From assembly GCF_964204645.1 (NCBI RefSeq), contig NC_134035.1, positions 11,874,451-11,938,450 on the forward strand: a stretch of DNA of 64,000 nt, read 5' to 3'. A program made the translations under genes and the position numbers. Origin of the DNA: Tubulanus polymorphus (taxonomy: Eukaryota > Animalia > Nemertea). The notes under the pieces were generated by a model that was given only the letters and a program-made list of their open reading frames with translations, searched no databases and was not told the DNA's origin. Positions within the stretch are counted from its first letter, which is position 1; each line of letters starts with the position of its first letter. This document shows, piece after piece, positions 27,775 to 40,684 of this stretch.

Positions 27775-28924
27775 AATAGTGGCTCCAGACCGATACCTAC
27801 CGAATACAACCATTAATATAACAAGCTAGTTTAATCAGAGGAGCAAAGATAATTACTTAAACCTTGTCTTCGATGGCCAAAACCGGAAACTCATCGAAAC
27901 TCGATCGATCCAAATCATCGTCGATACGTTAAAATCATCATGAGCACATTTTAATCATTACTGCAGTAAACTCGGCCTTACTCGTGAAAACGATAGGACT
28001 GAGATCTGAGAAAAAGAGTAGACTCCGCTTGCCTCGGACCTACTGGGATAAAAAGAATATCTCTAAGGCTAACAAATTCAACGACAGCCTAAACAACGAA
28101 ATAATACGTGAACAGTAGCATAGTAGAGGAAATTTATTTTTTAGATTTTGTCCGGGGCACGCGATAATCCGAGACAATTGGCTCCATTGCAAGCGGAAGC
28201 TACCGACAAAGGATTTTTAGAAGAATTTCTACAGTGAAACTTTGTAAAATTCCCATCTGGAAATAGGATTACTGAATTTATCAGGTACCCACAGCTGTCA
28301 ACCTGTGAAAAGTGCTAAAAATATAAAGTTGATTTTCTTCAGAACATTTCATTGAGACATGAAAGAATATATTTGAAATTAATACCAACAGGACCCTTTT
28401 TCACATATCTGTACACACCACACAAAATAAATCAGTATTTTCGAAAACAAAGTAGTAACAAAACACGGAAAATCAGGAAAAGTGTTGACAGCTCCGGATA
28501 CCGAGTTGAGAATTAGGCAAAATAGACGGTTTAGCCGAATCAAAAACCTTAAGGGATCATCAACTTATTACATACGCATAAAATTTGACTTTTTCCCTTG
28601 ACTTTGAGAGTTGAAATTTACCTAAATACCAGAAATATTTCAGACAGTCCCTACCACCCTGCTTCAGTGTAAACAATTTTCAACTTTTTTACACTGAGGA
28701 TAGGTGGTAGGAACCAAAAATAGTAACCGAAATAGTTCCGGTATTTTAAATAAACTTTTTAATCTTTCAACAATTGCCCGATTTTACATTCTTCGTTTCA
28801 TCAGTTGCGTATCAGTATTGTGATCTTACTGATCCATTGAAAATCTTGAAGAGTTGAACAGTACCGAGTAAGGCGCAGTTTAGTGTATGTCGTACTATTG
28901 GAATAAACGGGAGATTGACTCGAG

Positions 28925-29788
28925 TTATTCGACCATGTTCTCGGTGGCCATCGAAACCGGCAAATCGAGAATGATCGGCAGGTCCATGCGTTCTATGCGT
29001 TCGTGCTTCAGTTTCAAATACGCCGATATCTCGTTCGGATCGGTGTACAAATGCGGCGGCACCATCAACTCGGCGAACGTGCTCTCGCGACTCGCGTACT
29101 CGCGCAGACAGAACGTGTTGCCGAACTCGTGATAAACGCGCGTGTCGTTGACGCGTATGATCACGTCGTCGACGCGCATGTAGAAACGCTGCAGCACGAA
29201 AAACCCCGACGGCATCACGCGTATTTTCACGTTCAGCGACGAGCAGCCGTTATCGGCGAGTTCGTCCTCGTAGAGCAACACGTCCGCGTAGAACAGAATC
29301 TTCTCTTTGACTTTCAGTTTTTCGATGTCGATACGTTCGGCGTTCTCCGAAACGAGAATCGGTACGGCGTCCGAGCCCAACAACGTGCCCGTGTAGTCCG
29401 TCGAGAACGTCCAGTCGAACGGCCGCACGACGTGGTGTATGTGCTCGCTGTCCGAGCGCGCTTTCAGCCACGCGTCCGAGCCGGCGACCTTCATCAGGTC
29501 GTGTTCGGCGTCGACGCGTTTCAACGCGTCTAACGGATTGAACTCGAAACCGAAGCCGTGTTCGTGCTGTACGCGCAGCACGTTGTCGGCGAACACCATT
29601 TCGGGAACCTGCGGCAACGCGAGCGATGACTCGAATTGTTGCCGATCGGCGCCTTCCGATTTGAGTATGTGGCCTTTGACGGCCGTGAAAGTCCACGGAC
29701 CGAACTGATACTGATCGGTTTTCGGTTGAGCTCGTAACGCTGCTGCCATTCTGTTACTGCTGACACTTTTACCGCTCGTTTTGTACAT
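28925..29788 (-). CDS. TIPRL: TIP41-like protein (TOR signaling/PP2A regulator), uninterrupted CDS; true start may be the second ATG at 29749
   Basis: 287-aa ORF with TIP41-family motifs FGPW, PEMVFADNVLR, GFEFNPLDALK, PFDWTFSTDY.GTL, LYEDELADNG, RVMP.GFF.L.RF..RVD.V..R..DTR. Confidence 0.96.
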   Translation of the reverse strand: MYKTSGKSVSSNRMAAALRAQPKTDQYQFGPWTFTAVKGHILKSEGADRQQFESSLALPQVPEMVFADNVLRVQHEHGFGFEFNPLDALKRVDAEHDLMKVAGSDAWLKARSDSEHIHHVVRPFDWTFSTDYTGTLLGSDAVPILVSENAERIDIEKLKVKEKILFYADVLLYEDELADNGCSSLNVKIRVMPSGFFVLQRFYMRVDDVIIRVNDTRVYHEFGNTFCLREYASRESTFAELMVPPHLYTDPNEISAYLKLKHERIERMDLPIILDLPVSMATENMVE

Positions 29789-29904
29789 GTCACTCGTTTA
29801 ATGTGGAATGTGGTCGCTATTTCATTTCAACTCGCCGTCAGCCTCCGCCGCCGACACAGGACGTTTCTGAAAATAATCAATCGCGTAGAAATGTAAACGT
29901 TTTC

Positions 29905-30110
29905 AGTGCATCTACATCGCAGTGCGGTGTATAAATCAGCGATGGTGTTTGCTCGTATACAGTATTAACGATTTTAGTAATTAGTTTTTATCTCGATTGA
30001 AAGATGGCAGCACCTGTCAACCATAAGTGAAATCTATAGTTGTAACATGGCGTAGCTAGCATTATGTGTACCAATGATATATAGGCCTACCGCACTGTGG
30101 AGTAGACAGT
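29905..30110. mobile_element. MITE family E (TIR AGTGCATCTACACCGCAGTGCGGTGT) in putative TIPRL 5'UTR intron
   Basis: Shares TIR and internal aagatggcagcacctgtca with 51349-51574. Confidence 0.7.
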
Positions 30111-30228
30111 AATTACTATGCCGAGTTGTGTAAGCATCGAAGTAGGTCTAAGCATCCTATAACATGCTAGGGCAACGTATTCTAATCAGAATCCTAATCT
30201 AGGCTTTGTCATATGGCTCATGACATCC

Positions 30229-30554
30229 CATCTTCACCCGTCAAGGGATTCGAACCCACTACGCTAAAGCTGTTCGTCGAACCCCTTGACCTCACGAGTC
30301 GTTGGAGTCGTTACTAGCCGACCAGAATCCGGTCGTACCAATCACAGCGCTTGTAACAAACGACTTTAGGCTTCTATTGGTTTTCCCGTTAAATGGACCA
30401 ATCAGCGAACGTTTTATTGAACAAGGAAGTATTTCACAAATCGATATATGATGTCATGCGCAACAGCGCCAGTAATGAAATCACGCTTCGTGAGGCCAGG
30501 GGGCTGGTGGAAGTGAGTTCGGGAGTGATACCGGACCCCTGGCAAACGAGGATG
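30229..30554. mobile_element. Diverged relative of the 21442 element (CATC...GAGGATG termini)
   Basis: catcttcacccgtcaagggattcgaaccc...ggacccctggcaaacgaggatg; internal CCAAT motifs; TSD not clear. Confidence 0.55.
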
Positions 30555-30879
30555 ATGAGCTAGGCCACCCGGAATGCTCTCAAGTCAGGTTGAAATAGAC
30601 ATTTTATTAGGCTCTATGCTATTTGTTATGTACATTAGTTTTTTAACTACAGAAATTATTTTCATTTTCTCCTTGAGGGAGATTTCTTTTTCTTCTATTA
30701 TTCTAACACAGACGTGCACCTGCACATGATAATCCTCTCACGGGGGTTAAGCAGTAACCAGGTAACTGATAGATAAAACGGGTAACCCGTCCCGGTGTAT
30801 TCCGCGCTTACATAGGGGCCTACGTAAATTGAGGCCTCTAAATTTCCCCCAGACCAACTCTGAGATGGTGCATACTGAC

Positions 30880-31013
30880 CTTTTTATTTTTCACACCGAG
30901 TTGTGGATCTACAGAACTTTACTAACGAATGGGATTGGAAACAATGAAACATCATTCGGATATTAACAACAGTATGGGCGCCGCCATTTTCCTTTATTGA
31001 CAGGTGGCAGCAC
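30880..31013 (-). promoter_or_regulatory. Putative TIPRL promoter / non-coding first exon with YY1-like (AAAATGGCGG) and CTCF-like motifs
   Basis: Donor AAG|GTCAGT at 30880 could join acceptor ttattttcag| at 29866 upstream of TIPRL ATG; CCGCCATTTT at 30981-30990; TGACAGGTGGCAGCAC at 30998-31013. Confidence 0.5.
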
Positions 31014-31246
31014 TAGACGGTATTTAGTTTTTTATCAAACAAAAGTATGCGATTCTTAAAAAAATACGACTGTTCAAATGCAGATTTCCACTACATACTC
31101 GAGTCGATACGTTTGTAAAGCAGTAATAATACGGAATTATTCTTTAATAGATACAGGGTAAAACAAACTTGATTAGATTTTTCATGAGGATGAAGGGTGG
31201 CTCCGAAATCCTACAACGATCGAAATGTGCAGTGCATGTAACTGCG

Positions 31247-31829
31247 TTATTAACCAGGCCAACACTAGGGTAACTACGTTTATTCACCAGGCCAACACTA
31301 GGGTTACTACGTTTATTCACCAGGCCAACACTAGGGTTACTACGTTTATTCACCAGGCCAGCACTAGGGTAACTACGTTTATTCACCAGGCCAACACTAG
31401 GGTTACTACGTTTATTCACCAGGCCAACACTAGGGTAACTACGTTTATTCACCAGGCCAACACTAGGGTAACTACGTTTATTCACCAGGTCAACACTAGG
31501 GTTACTACGTTTATTCACCAGGCCAACACTAGGGTTACTACGTTTATTCACCAGGCCAACACTAGGGTTACTACGTTTATTCACAAGGTCAACACTAGGG
31601 TTACTACGTTTATTCACAAGGTCAACACTAGGGTTACTACGTTTATTCACCAGGCCAACACTAGGGTAACTACGTTTATTCACCAGGCCAACACTAGGGT
31701 AACTACGTTTATTCACCAGGCCAACACTAGGGTTACTACGTTTATTCACCAGGCCAACACTAGGGTTACTACGTTTATTCACAAGGTCAACACTAGGGTT
31801 ACTACGTTTATTCACCAGGCCAACACTAG
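31247..31829. repeat. 33-bp minisatellite, ~17 copies
   Basis: accaggccaacactagggttactacgtttattc with few variant positions. Confidence 0.97.
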
Positions 31830-31955
31830 ATGATTGCGGCTCACACTGTTACTTCACAACTTTTGAATTGCACGGCTTCCCATTACCAGGGTTGTAGTTC
31901 GTAAATGATTGACGGACCGGCCGCGAAAAAGCTGTGAATGGGCAGTGAAATGGGG

Positions 31956-32219
31956 ATGTTACTAAAACTATGCACTACTAAAACCAAGATACCTATGCAC
32001 TTTGCGATATTAGAACTATGCATTACTAAAACGAAGACCGAAGACCTATGTACTCAATAGAAATCCTCACCCGGAGCGCTCTCTGTGTATTCAACCACTT
32101 CTCTGCCAATGAGTGTAGTCAATACCAAGATATAAACAAACGCATATGAAACGTAAATTGGTCGGTTTTTTCTGGTGCATATAGTCTTCGTTTCTAGTAG
32201 TGCATTGTTTTAGTGACAC
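31956..32219. mobile_element. Palindromic MITE-like element
   Basis: tgttactaaaactatgcactactaaaaccaaga...tcttcgtttctagtagtgcattgttttagtgaca inverted arms. Confidence 0.65.
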
Positions 32220-33067
32220 TTGTTGTAACGTTTTATAACTAAACGAATGACGAATTTCAAAATCAATCATATTTATTGTCATACAACGAGTGCACAAAAT
32301 GCCAGGAGTGCTCGAAGAATTATAATGCAAGCTCCTCAAACACGTGGACTTTCAAAAACAACTAGTCCAACCACCATATGCGTATAAACTATAAACGAGA
32401 GTTTATGCGCCCATGGTCCAACCATAGACTCTGAAACAAAAAAGTATATGGCCAAACCATGGACTCAATTGTCCTTAGCCCCGCACTAAAACCAGAGATA
32501 AACCTGGCCAAATACTCTGGAAAGCGTAGGATTAATCAATCTGATTTACATTCTTTACATCATTTTATTTTCACATATCAAATTATTAACTTTTTTTCTC
32601 AAATTTTACTATGTATGAAATTGTACTAACTTTAAAATCACAAACGTTACATGTCTTTATATATGATACATTTCCACTACAGCTGATTCATACAATTTAC
32701 ATCAATGGGAAAATAACAAAAATACACAGAGTTGTAAACTTTGATCCATAAAACACCGGAAAAAGGACTAGTCTGAAAGTCAAATTTGACAATTCATGAG
32801 GTCAATATAACCGACACTTTGTTATATTTCATGAAATATGAATCTATCATCGTCAACTTTTCAAATGACATCGAGATTGAGGACATTTTAATTATCGAGA
32901 AAAAACATTAAACCTACAAATTCACTCACTCTGGAAAGCGTAAGGTTAACTAATTAATCTTGATTATTACTGGAAAACTAAAAACATTGCCAAATTTTCC
33001 TCGTCTTTAAGAGATTTCTTCAAACATTATCAACTACTTTTTCACAAATTTTACATTTGAAACAAAG

Positions 33068-33324
33068 CAGGGTCTGATTTAAGCACTAGTCCAATTGCCC
33101 GGGACAAGTATATTTTCATTAGGGCATGAAGGTTATCATAATCACTCATCCACCGGGCTTGTGTAATTTTATGTCTCAAAGCTTTTATCCCACTCGATGC
33201 AAGGGATTATTGTGTCACAATCGGACTATTCATGTAGAGCAAGTTGATTTTTGAGGGGGCAAGTGATATTACATATATGCTTGCCCCAAGGTCAAGTGGC
33301 ATTTATTCCTCAGATCAAACCCTG
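33068..33324. mobile_element. MITE family D second copy
   Basis: caaag|cagggtctgatttaag...cagatcaaaccctg|caaac; aligns with 27549-27774. Confidence 0.8.
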
Positions 33325-34629
33325 CAAACTATTATAAAGGTTTTTCTTCGTGATAATTTAAGATAAATCAAGTATTTTCAAATAAATATGGTTTGACTGA
33401 TGAAGCTACGGTAACTTCTTAATTGTTTTATTCAACTTGATAGTAGATATAAATACAACTCTATATAAAGATCAGAAATTCTTGTCCAGATATTACAGGC
33501 CACACACAGACGCGGTTAAACTGATAATCAAAACAAAGCTAAGACAATTATTCTATGCTCTCGCTATTTTCGACAGGGCCTTGATTAAATCAGTATTTTA
33601 TGAACCACTGAAAAGCACCAAAGAGAAATTTTTGCTATAAAACTTAACAACTGAAAAGTTTTAACATGAATGATGAAAATGTACATCGTTTTATTCACGC
33701 AACAATAATATCTTAACCGATGAATCATCATGCAAGTTCCTAATATACAAACACGCGAACTGTGTTACAATAATAGTCTCCAACATAAAAGCATTAAAAC
33801 TAGAGATGAGAAACTCAGATTCACTCGGGAACTCTTAGTATCACTTAATCAGTACTTTCACTAGAAAACTATAATTTTGCCAACTTTGCCTTGTCTTAAG
33901 GATTTCCAAACACCTTGACATTACATACTAAGTATTCTGACGTTTTTCCTGGCGGCTTCAATATAATTAAACAACCGGTAACTAATCAATAACATCAATA
34001 ACTTAAGTTTATAGCTGTTTTAAATTCTTTCTAAAAAGTAAAATGTATGTACCAGATTTTAGACAGTAAGTCTACCCATGTATAACAATAAACAGTCACA
34101 GCAGTGATTGAGCGCGGCTAGTTGAAAGGACGGGTCGATCTTTCATCACAGTTATTCACAGCATTCTATCATATCAGTTATTTTTTTAAATGTTTTCGAT
34201 TTAGTTAAGGTTTATGGTTATTTGTTTTGTTCATTACAATAACTGAGTTGATAGAATGCTTTGAATAACAAAAGAAAAGATCTCGGGTTTTCGCTATACT
34301 TAGGGAAGGTTGTTCGATAAATGAAGAACCTTGTTGATAAATATTTGAAAAAATGCCTTTTCATGTAAATAGAATATTAATTTTTGTTTGTTTGTATTGT
34401 TGTTTATTCTATTTATTATTTATTGGTTTTTTTTATTTTTTAGAATTAATTTATGTACTTGTAGTTTGTAGTTATGTATTATTTATACTCCTCTATTTAC
34501 AACTGCAGGCATTTTTTCACTGTAAAGTTCTGGGCCCATTTTAAGAAAGCGCTACTGATTCACCGCCACTCCTTAATAATCATTATACACCCGATTTGAA
34601 GCTAAGTGATTATTCACGAGAGCCATCTC

Positions 34630-34812
34630 GTGATATGGATTTACCCATTACAATAAAAGAAGTTCAATCAGCTATAAACAATGTTAAAACGTTACAAATT
34701 AGTCCTAGCCATAACTTTATGCCTTGTTATTCCTAGCTTTACCTCTCAAATGTAAATAATGGTCTCCTTTCAGAAGCTTTAGTTTTCAAATACGTAGGTA
34801 TGATCATCAAAC
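34630..34812 (+). mobile_element. Highly decayed LINE ORF2 remnant
   Basis: Translates DMDLPITIKEVQSAINNVK (pre-RT PIT..E...AI motif) and VFKYVG (FKYLG-like). Confidence 0.45.
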
Positions 34813-36619
34813 AGATTGATGGAGGCTTTAATCGAAATCTTTGTTTCAAATTTTTCAAAATTGGTTACCTTCGAAAATATCAATGCCATCAAATTTGTAC
34901 ATCTACAATTCAGCAAATAGTTAATATTTGTACATCAACACTGGTCTAACGTTATGTTCTATGTTTCCTAACTAAGTGATATCTACACGGACAAATAGCC
35001 ACAGCTGACTATGTTTAACTATGGTAAGTTGGAAGATTAAACTCACAATTCATGTTGAAACTATATCTCAGTTTAGGAGTTAACTCAAGAGACCTACAAG
35101 TCAAAACTAGGCACTCAACACGACCATTTACCCCTAGTGACTAACTTGACTTATCTATTGACCAAGGATCAAAGACCAAAATTGTGCATTAATGGAGCTT
35201 AGCTTTTATTAGACTCACATTGCATAAACATTATCAAATAGTTTCCTCGAAAACACTATATTATCCATCAGACTGGTTTGAAAAAGGTGATAAGCAAAAA
35301 AATCAATACTTTACTACAGAAGTGCGCTATTGTTTATCGTGAATCAGTGTTTATGAGATAATCCATTAACTTTGTTGCTTGAATCAGTGTTTATAAGATT
35401 CACTATTGTCTCTGCTGCTCCTGATAAAATGTTTTATAGAAATCACCGATTGTAGAAGAATCCATCATTCAGTGATTAATCCGTCGCTGGCTCCTAAACT
35501 TCTCATTTGGGCTTCTGCAGTTTTCATCAGCAATGGGTCAATCAGTAATCGTTGTGGGTGTCTTCTTCAGACCATTATTTCCGGGATGTAGTTTGACTGA
35601 AACAAAGTGAAGAAAGCAAAACATTTTAGACAGATTTATCATAACTTACATGTCATTTCAAATTACAAGCCACCGTGTTTTTCACATAGTTAATATAGTT
35701 ATTTCCAAAATCAGAATTAGGTTCATTGACGTCAATTGCCGATTTAAACCCCAATAAATAATTGCAGTAGTAGGACTATTTCATCAATGTTTAAGCTTGG
35801 AGTATTCGTTTGAAAAATTTAAGGTGTAAGTAAAGATAAAAGTTCTAAGATCAGCCATGTGGACAGGTAAATAGATTTCGATGATAATCAAATGATATTC
35901 ATATGAGGCCTGAAATTTCTATATACCGGTAATTTCCATCTAATGAGTTTGATTCTTCTGTGGGTTGTTCAAATCCGTAGATTTCAGATGAGTAGTTGAT
36001 TTTAAGCTGGTTTCTTTCTTATAGTTGAAACTTAGCTGCAATGAGTAAAGAAATATATCCTGTAATCACGACATTTAGAAATCATCGTAATAACTCCATG
36101 TACCGTATATCAAGTTACCTTTTATGATTGCTGGTTTCATCATCGACGAGGATCTCCTAAGTCGGTTGGTTTCTGTGCACTGTTCTCTAATCGGCAGATC
36201 TTTGATGAGTTGTTGACCTCAAGCTCTCGTTTGACTTTTCGAGTTGGTGTCCCTTACAAACCTACCACACCTGCCGGGAGCGAAACGGTGGTTTTTTTCA
36301 AAATCGGAAGTCGAAGTACAGATATAGTTGCGTGATCGGCGGTCGTTTTTACAGATCTTTTTTTCCTAAGTCCAAGAACATAATTGGTAATTCGGGGTTC
36401 CGGTTCATTCAAACAATCTTTTATTATGCCTAATTCTGATTTTGGAAATAACTATATTACACGGTTGAAGATAATTTTACAATATTTGGTCTTTTTTTAT
36501 GTAACTAGTCCGAAAGTTTACAACGTTTAATAATTTTGTCTAACTTCAATTTTTTTGGTCGTTTTCACCGTTTAAATAGTCGAAGCACATATTAAGTGAC
36601 TGATTGGGGTTAACTTTTT

Positions 36620-37292
36620 TTCTGCCTTATTTAATACATCAAGATTTTGGAAATAACTATATATTACAATATTTGGTCTTTTTTTCATATAACTAGTCCG
36701 AAAGTTTACAAGGTTGAATAATTTTATCTATTTTTTTTCTGCCTAATTTAATACATCGAGATTTTGGAAATAACTATATTTTACAATATTTGGTCTTTTT
36801 TTCATGTAACTAGTCCGAAAGTTTACAAGGTTGAATAATTTTATCTATTTTTTTCTGGCTTATTTAATACATCGAGATTTTGGAAATAACTATATTTTAC
36901 AATATTTGGTCTTTTTCATGTAACTAGTCCGAAAGTTTACAAGGTTGAATAATTTTATCTATTTTTTTCTGCCTAATTTAAAACATCGAGATTTTGGAAA
37001 TAACTATATTTTACAATATTTGGTCTTTTTTTCATGTAACTAGTCCGAAAGTTTACAAGGTTAAATAATTTTATCTATTTTTTTCTGCCTAATTTAAAAC
37101 ATCGAGATTTTGGAAATAACTATATTTTACAATATTTGGTCTTTTTTTCATGTAACTAGTCCGAAAGTTTACAAGGTTGAATAATTTTATCTATTTTTTT
37201 CTGCCTAATTTAAAACATCGAGATTTTGGAAATAACTATATTTTACAATATTTGGTCTTTTTTTCATGTAACTAGTCCGAAAGTTTACAAGG
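36620..37292. repeat. ~116-bp AT-rich tandem repeat, ~6 copies
   Basis: gattttggaaataactatatt recurs at 36643, 36760, 36876, 36990, 37106, 37222. Confidence 0.95.
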
Positions 37293-40200
37293 TGGGAGAA
37301 TTTTGTCTAACTTTAATTTTTTTTGTCGTTTTCACCGTTTAAATTTGTCTAATTTTTCAAAGTTTATTGTAGTTTTTCTCGAGTATGTCTGAAATCGAAG
37401 TACATAATTGGGAAATTCGATTCCGGTTCATTCAAACTATCTTCCAATCAGTCTGAAACGGCAAGCTGAAGAAAAGAGCAGAACCTTTTGAGCAGAAAAT
37501 CCTTTCGAATATCACTGATCATAATTATCATGTCAATTCATATATAAGATCAGCAATGTGGATCGTTATGTAGATTTTTATAATAGTCTTAAATGATATT
37601 TATAAAATTCAACTCATATAGTAATTCATCTATATTCTAAATATCTAAGCAATGGTTGATTATTTTTAGTTTAACAACAATTCAACTAAAGCATCTATAG
37701 TCATCTCTAGGAATACCAGAGTTACAACAAATTTAGTAATGCATAATCAATCTTATCAAATCGTTTTTGAACTGTTTTCTCTTCTATCTTCTTGAAATTC
37801 TTGATGTGTCTTTTATTGAAACCCAGGCCCATCATACAGTGCAAACCTGCTAGTAATATTGGCATATATATATTTCGATTGTCAGCTAAACCATGTTCGA
37901 ATTAGCAAATTTACTTCATCGTCAGTTAATAAACTTAAGAGATGTTTTCTACCCACAGATGGTGACATCTGTACCCAGTAAATGGTATTCTAATCCATTT
38001 CATTAATTCTAAATATTGCTCCTAATATATACAATGATCTTGTAATTATGATAATGTAACTAACGGAAGAGTGAGTGCGCTGCCAGCATTGAGCACACTG
38101 ATCCTATAAGTAACATGGTTCTACAGATTTAAGAAACCTTGAATCATTCCCACACCTCAACAAATCCAGAATTCTGCAAAGCCTTAAAGATTCAATAAAT
38201 CCCACGCACAAGAGTCAGAGTTAAAACAGTTAAGCAGTACTCTTTATATATCAATACAGTTGTCTTATCAACCCCTATGGTTTAGATTTGAGCACTTTCA
38301 CCATATATGAAGATGCTGAATTAGATACCTAATCAATTAGTTAATTGATAATGTCCTAGCTATAATTGAAATTGTCTCGGACAATATTTTATATGGGGCT
38401 TGAAATTTCTACACGAGAAGAATTTCAGATCCGGTACGAATTTGAATTAATCACTATTAGAACTGCTGATTTTGCATCAGAGCTTTTGATACCTAGCTTA
38501 ACTAACCCAGAATTCCCCAAAACCTTACTGATTCAACAGATCCAACACACATGTGGCCCAGTTAGACGCAGATGACATTGCACGATACAGTCGTCTCATC
38601 CACTGCGCAATTTTGAATAAGTTTCACTTATATTCATTATATTGAATTGATTTTAATTGAATTCTAGGTATCTAAGCGAACCATTAATTAGTAATCATAC
38701 TAGCTATATTTTAATAGTCAGTTGAACAATATTTATATGGAGCCTGAAAATCTACATGAGTAGAATTTCAGATGTGGTGAATTCGTCACTATTTGAATTC
38801 ATCAGAAATTAAAGATAAAAAAGCATATTTTTAGTGGTAAATTAGAAATTCCCTTAGCCGAATGGCTATATAATCTTTATTTCCCTTATATAGTACACTG
38901 TGTATAAGGACCGAAAGACCTTGTTATGACCGGACCTCCCTGGTGCGGTGCGAGTCATGATGCTAGAAAATAGTTTGAAGGAGAGGGGTTAGTAAAAGAG
39001 AGCTATTAGCAAGAGGAATAAGACCTAAGTTTAGGATATCCTGTCAGAATAAGGCTTTCAATCTGACATACACAGTGAAATTGAAATATTCCCCCTTCCA
39101 AATCTAGGAATGTATTTGTGCACAGATTCGATCGGAAGTAAATCTGCGTTAAATGATTTTGGCAATATGTACCAAAACTAATACAGCTGTGTGAAGACAC
39201 CATAGGTTCACTTAGATACAGATAAATAAATGTGCTTAGATACACATGTATCAGCTACATTTTAAATGTCCATGGAATTAGAAATAATTTCACATAACAA
39301 TTGAATTAACCTTAATCGATCTAAGTAATACGTTAATGAGTAATTCATCTTAGATTCTAATTTTCAGTTAAACTATATCTAATATGCGTCACTTGACACA
39401 CAGTATGGCTTTTAGATATTAATTGAATCAGTTAGGTTTGAGTAAATTTTGCCAATAATGAAAAGCATGGCTAGTCGTCGTAAGCGCGGCAGTTGGCGAT
39501 ACAGAACTGATCAGTCAATGAGACCGATTTACTTATAGATGTGCTCAAATATATTATATATTTCAGCTATATTTCTGATCAATAAATACTTGTGATATAA
39601 AAAGTTTTTGATCTAACATCAAATATTGAATTCATCTTAATTGTGAATATCTAAGCCATTTTTCCTGGCTGTATGCTAATTGTCAGTCAAACAACAATTA
39701 TCATGCGTCGCCCAAAGCAAGACGCAGTGTTTCAGGAATGAATTAAATCAATTAAAGCTTTGGTTTATTCTGGATTTATCGAAGTGTTGCGACCAAATCA
39801 CTGTTTCATAAAGACCTGTAGTCCATAGTTTTCCCCATATAACACCAGACCTCGATAGAGCCCTAGACACTATCTTATGAAATTCATAACTGTTATGTGT
39901 GAGGCAGCACACAGTATATATTGTAAAGTATGGCCTCAATCTCAATCTTAATAAATTTATCAATATATTATTTGTAAAGAAAAATCTATCAACCAACGAT
40001 AAAGTTTAATTGATATATCTTTTAGTAAAAATTGTCCTATCTAGATCTTGATTGTCAGTTAAACAATAGTCATATGAGGCCTGAAATACCTACGGTATCT
40101 ACTGACCAATCTACATTTTAATTATCAGACCAAAGAATATTTAAAGGACCTCACTCAATCATTTCGTCTAATATTGTAAATATTCAAGCAATCATTGCCT

Positions 40201-40684
40201 AGCTATATTTCAATTTACTACCGGCCATAGAGCCTCAATAAAGTAGTGCGGAGATGGTGAGCTTGACCAGCGCCTATGCATTCTACCCCAGATATGAAAA
40301 ATCAACTTAGCTTTATGTATGTATGTTTTCCTGTTGCCATGCAGGATGAGCCATGCAAGACTGCCAGGTTCGGTTGCGACAGGTCTTTGCGACAGGTGTT
40401 TGGTGGTACTTCAAGGTGGAGTCTTTTGTGGGCACTTCTGGTGGGCAGATTTTAGATGGGCCTTTCCGGATTAACCTGAAATGAGTAAAAGAACGATATT
40501 CTGTAGTTACACAATCCTTTCCGTATCACGCATCGTAATTTACATGTGTATCAACTTAACTTTCAATATTGCTGAGTTCAGTGTTCTTTTTTGGCATCGT
40601 CTTCGTTGTAGTCACCTTCAGCATCTTCTTCAACTTCTTGGGAGTCCTGAAATGAAAAAAAAGAAAAGAGCGATGAAAACCTGG

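Noticed and set aside
31144-31833. 33-bp array as a CRISPR array or as repeat-protein ORFs
   Set aside because: Units are contiguous with no unique spacers, no cas genes, eukaryotic context; ORFs exist only because the unit is stop-free.
35400-36250. Minus-strand donor (36119) and acceptor (~35597) as a coding gene
   Set aside because: All frames hit stops quickly and part of the segment matches a dispersed repeat also at ~7271-7311; cannot support a CDS.
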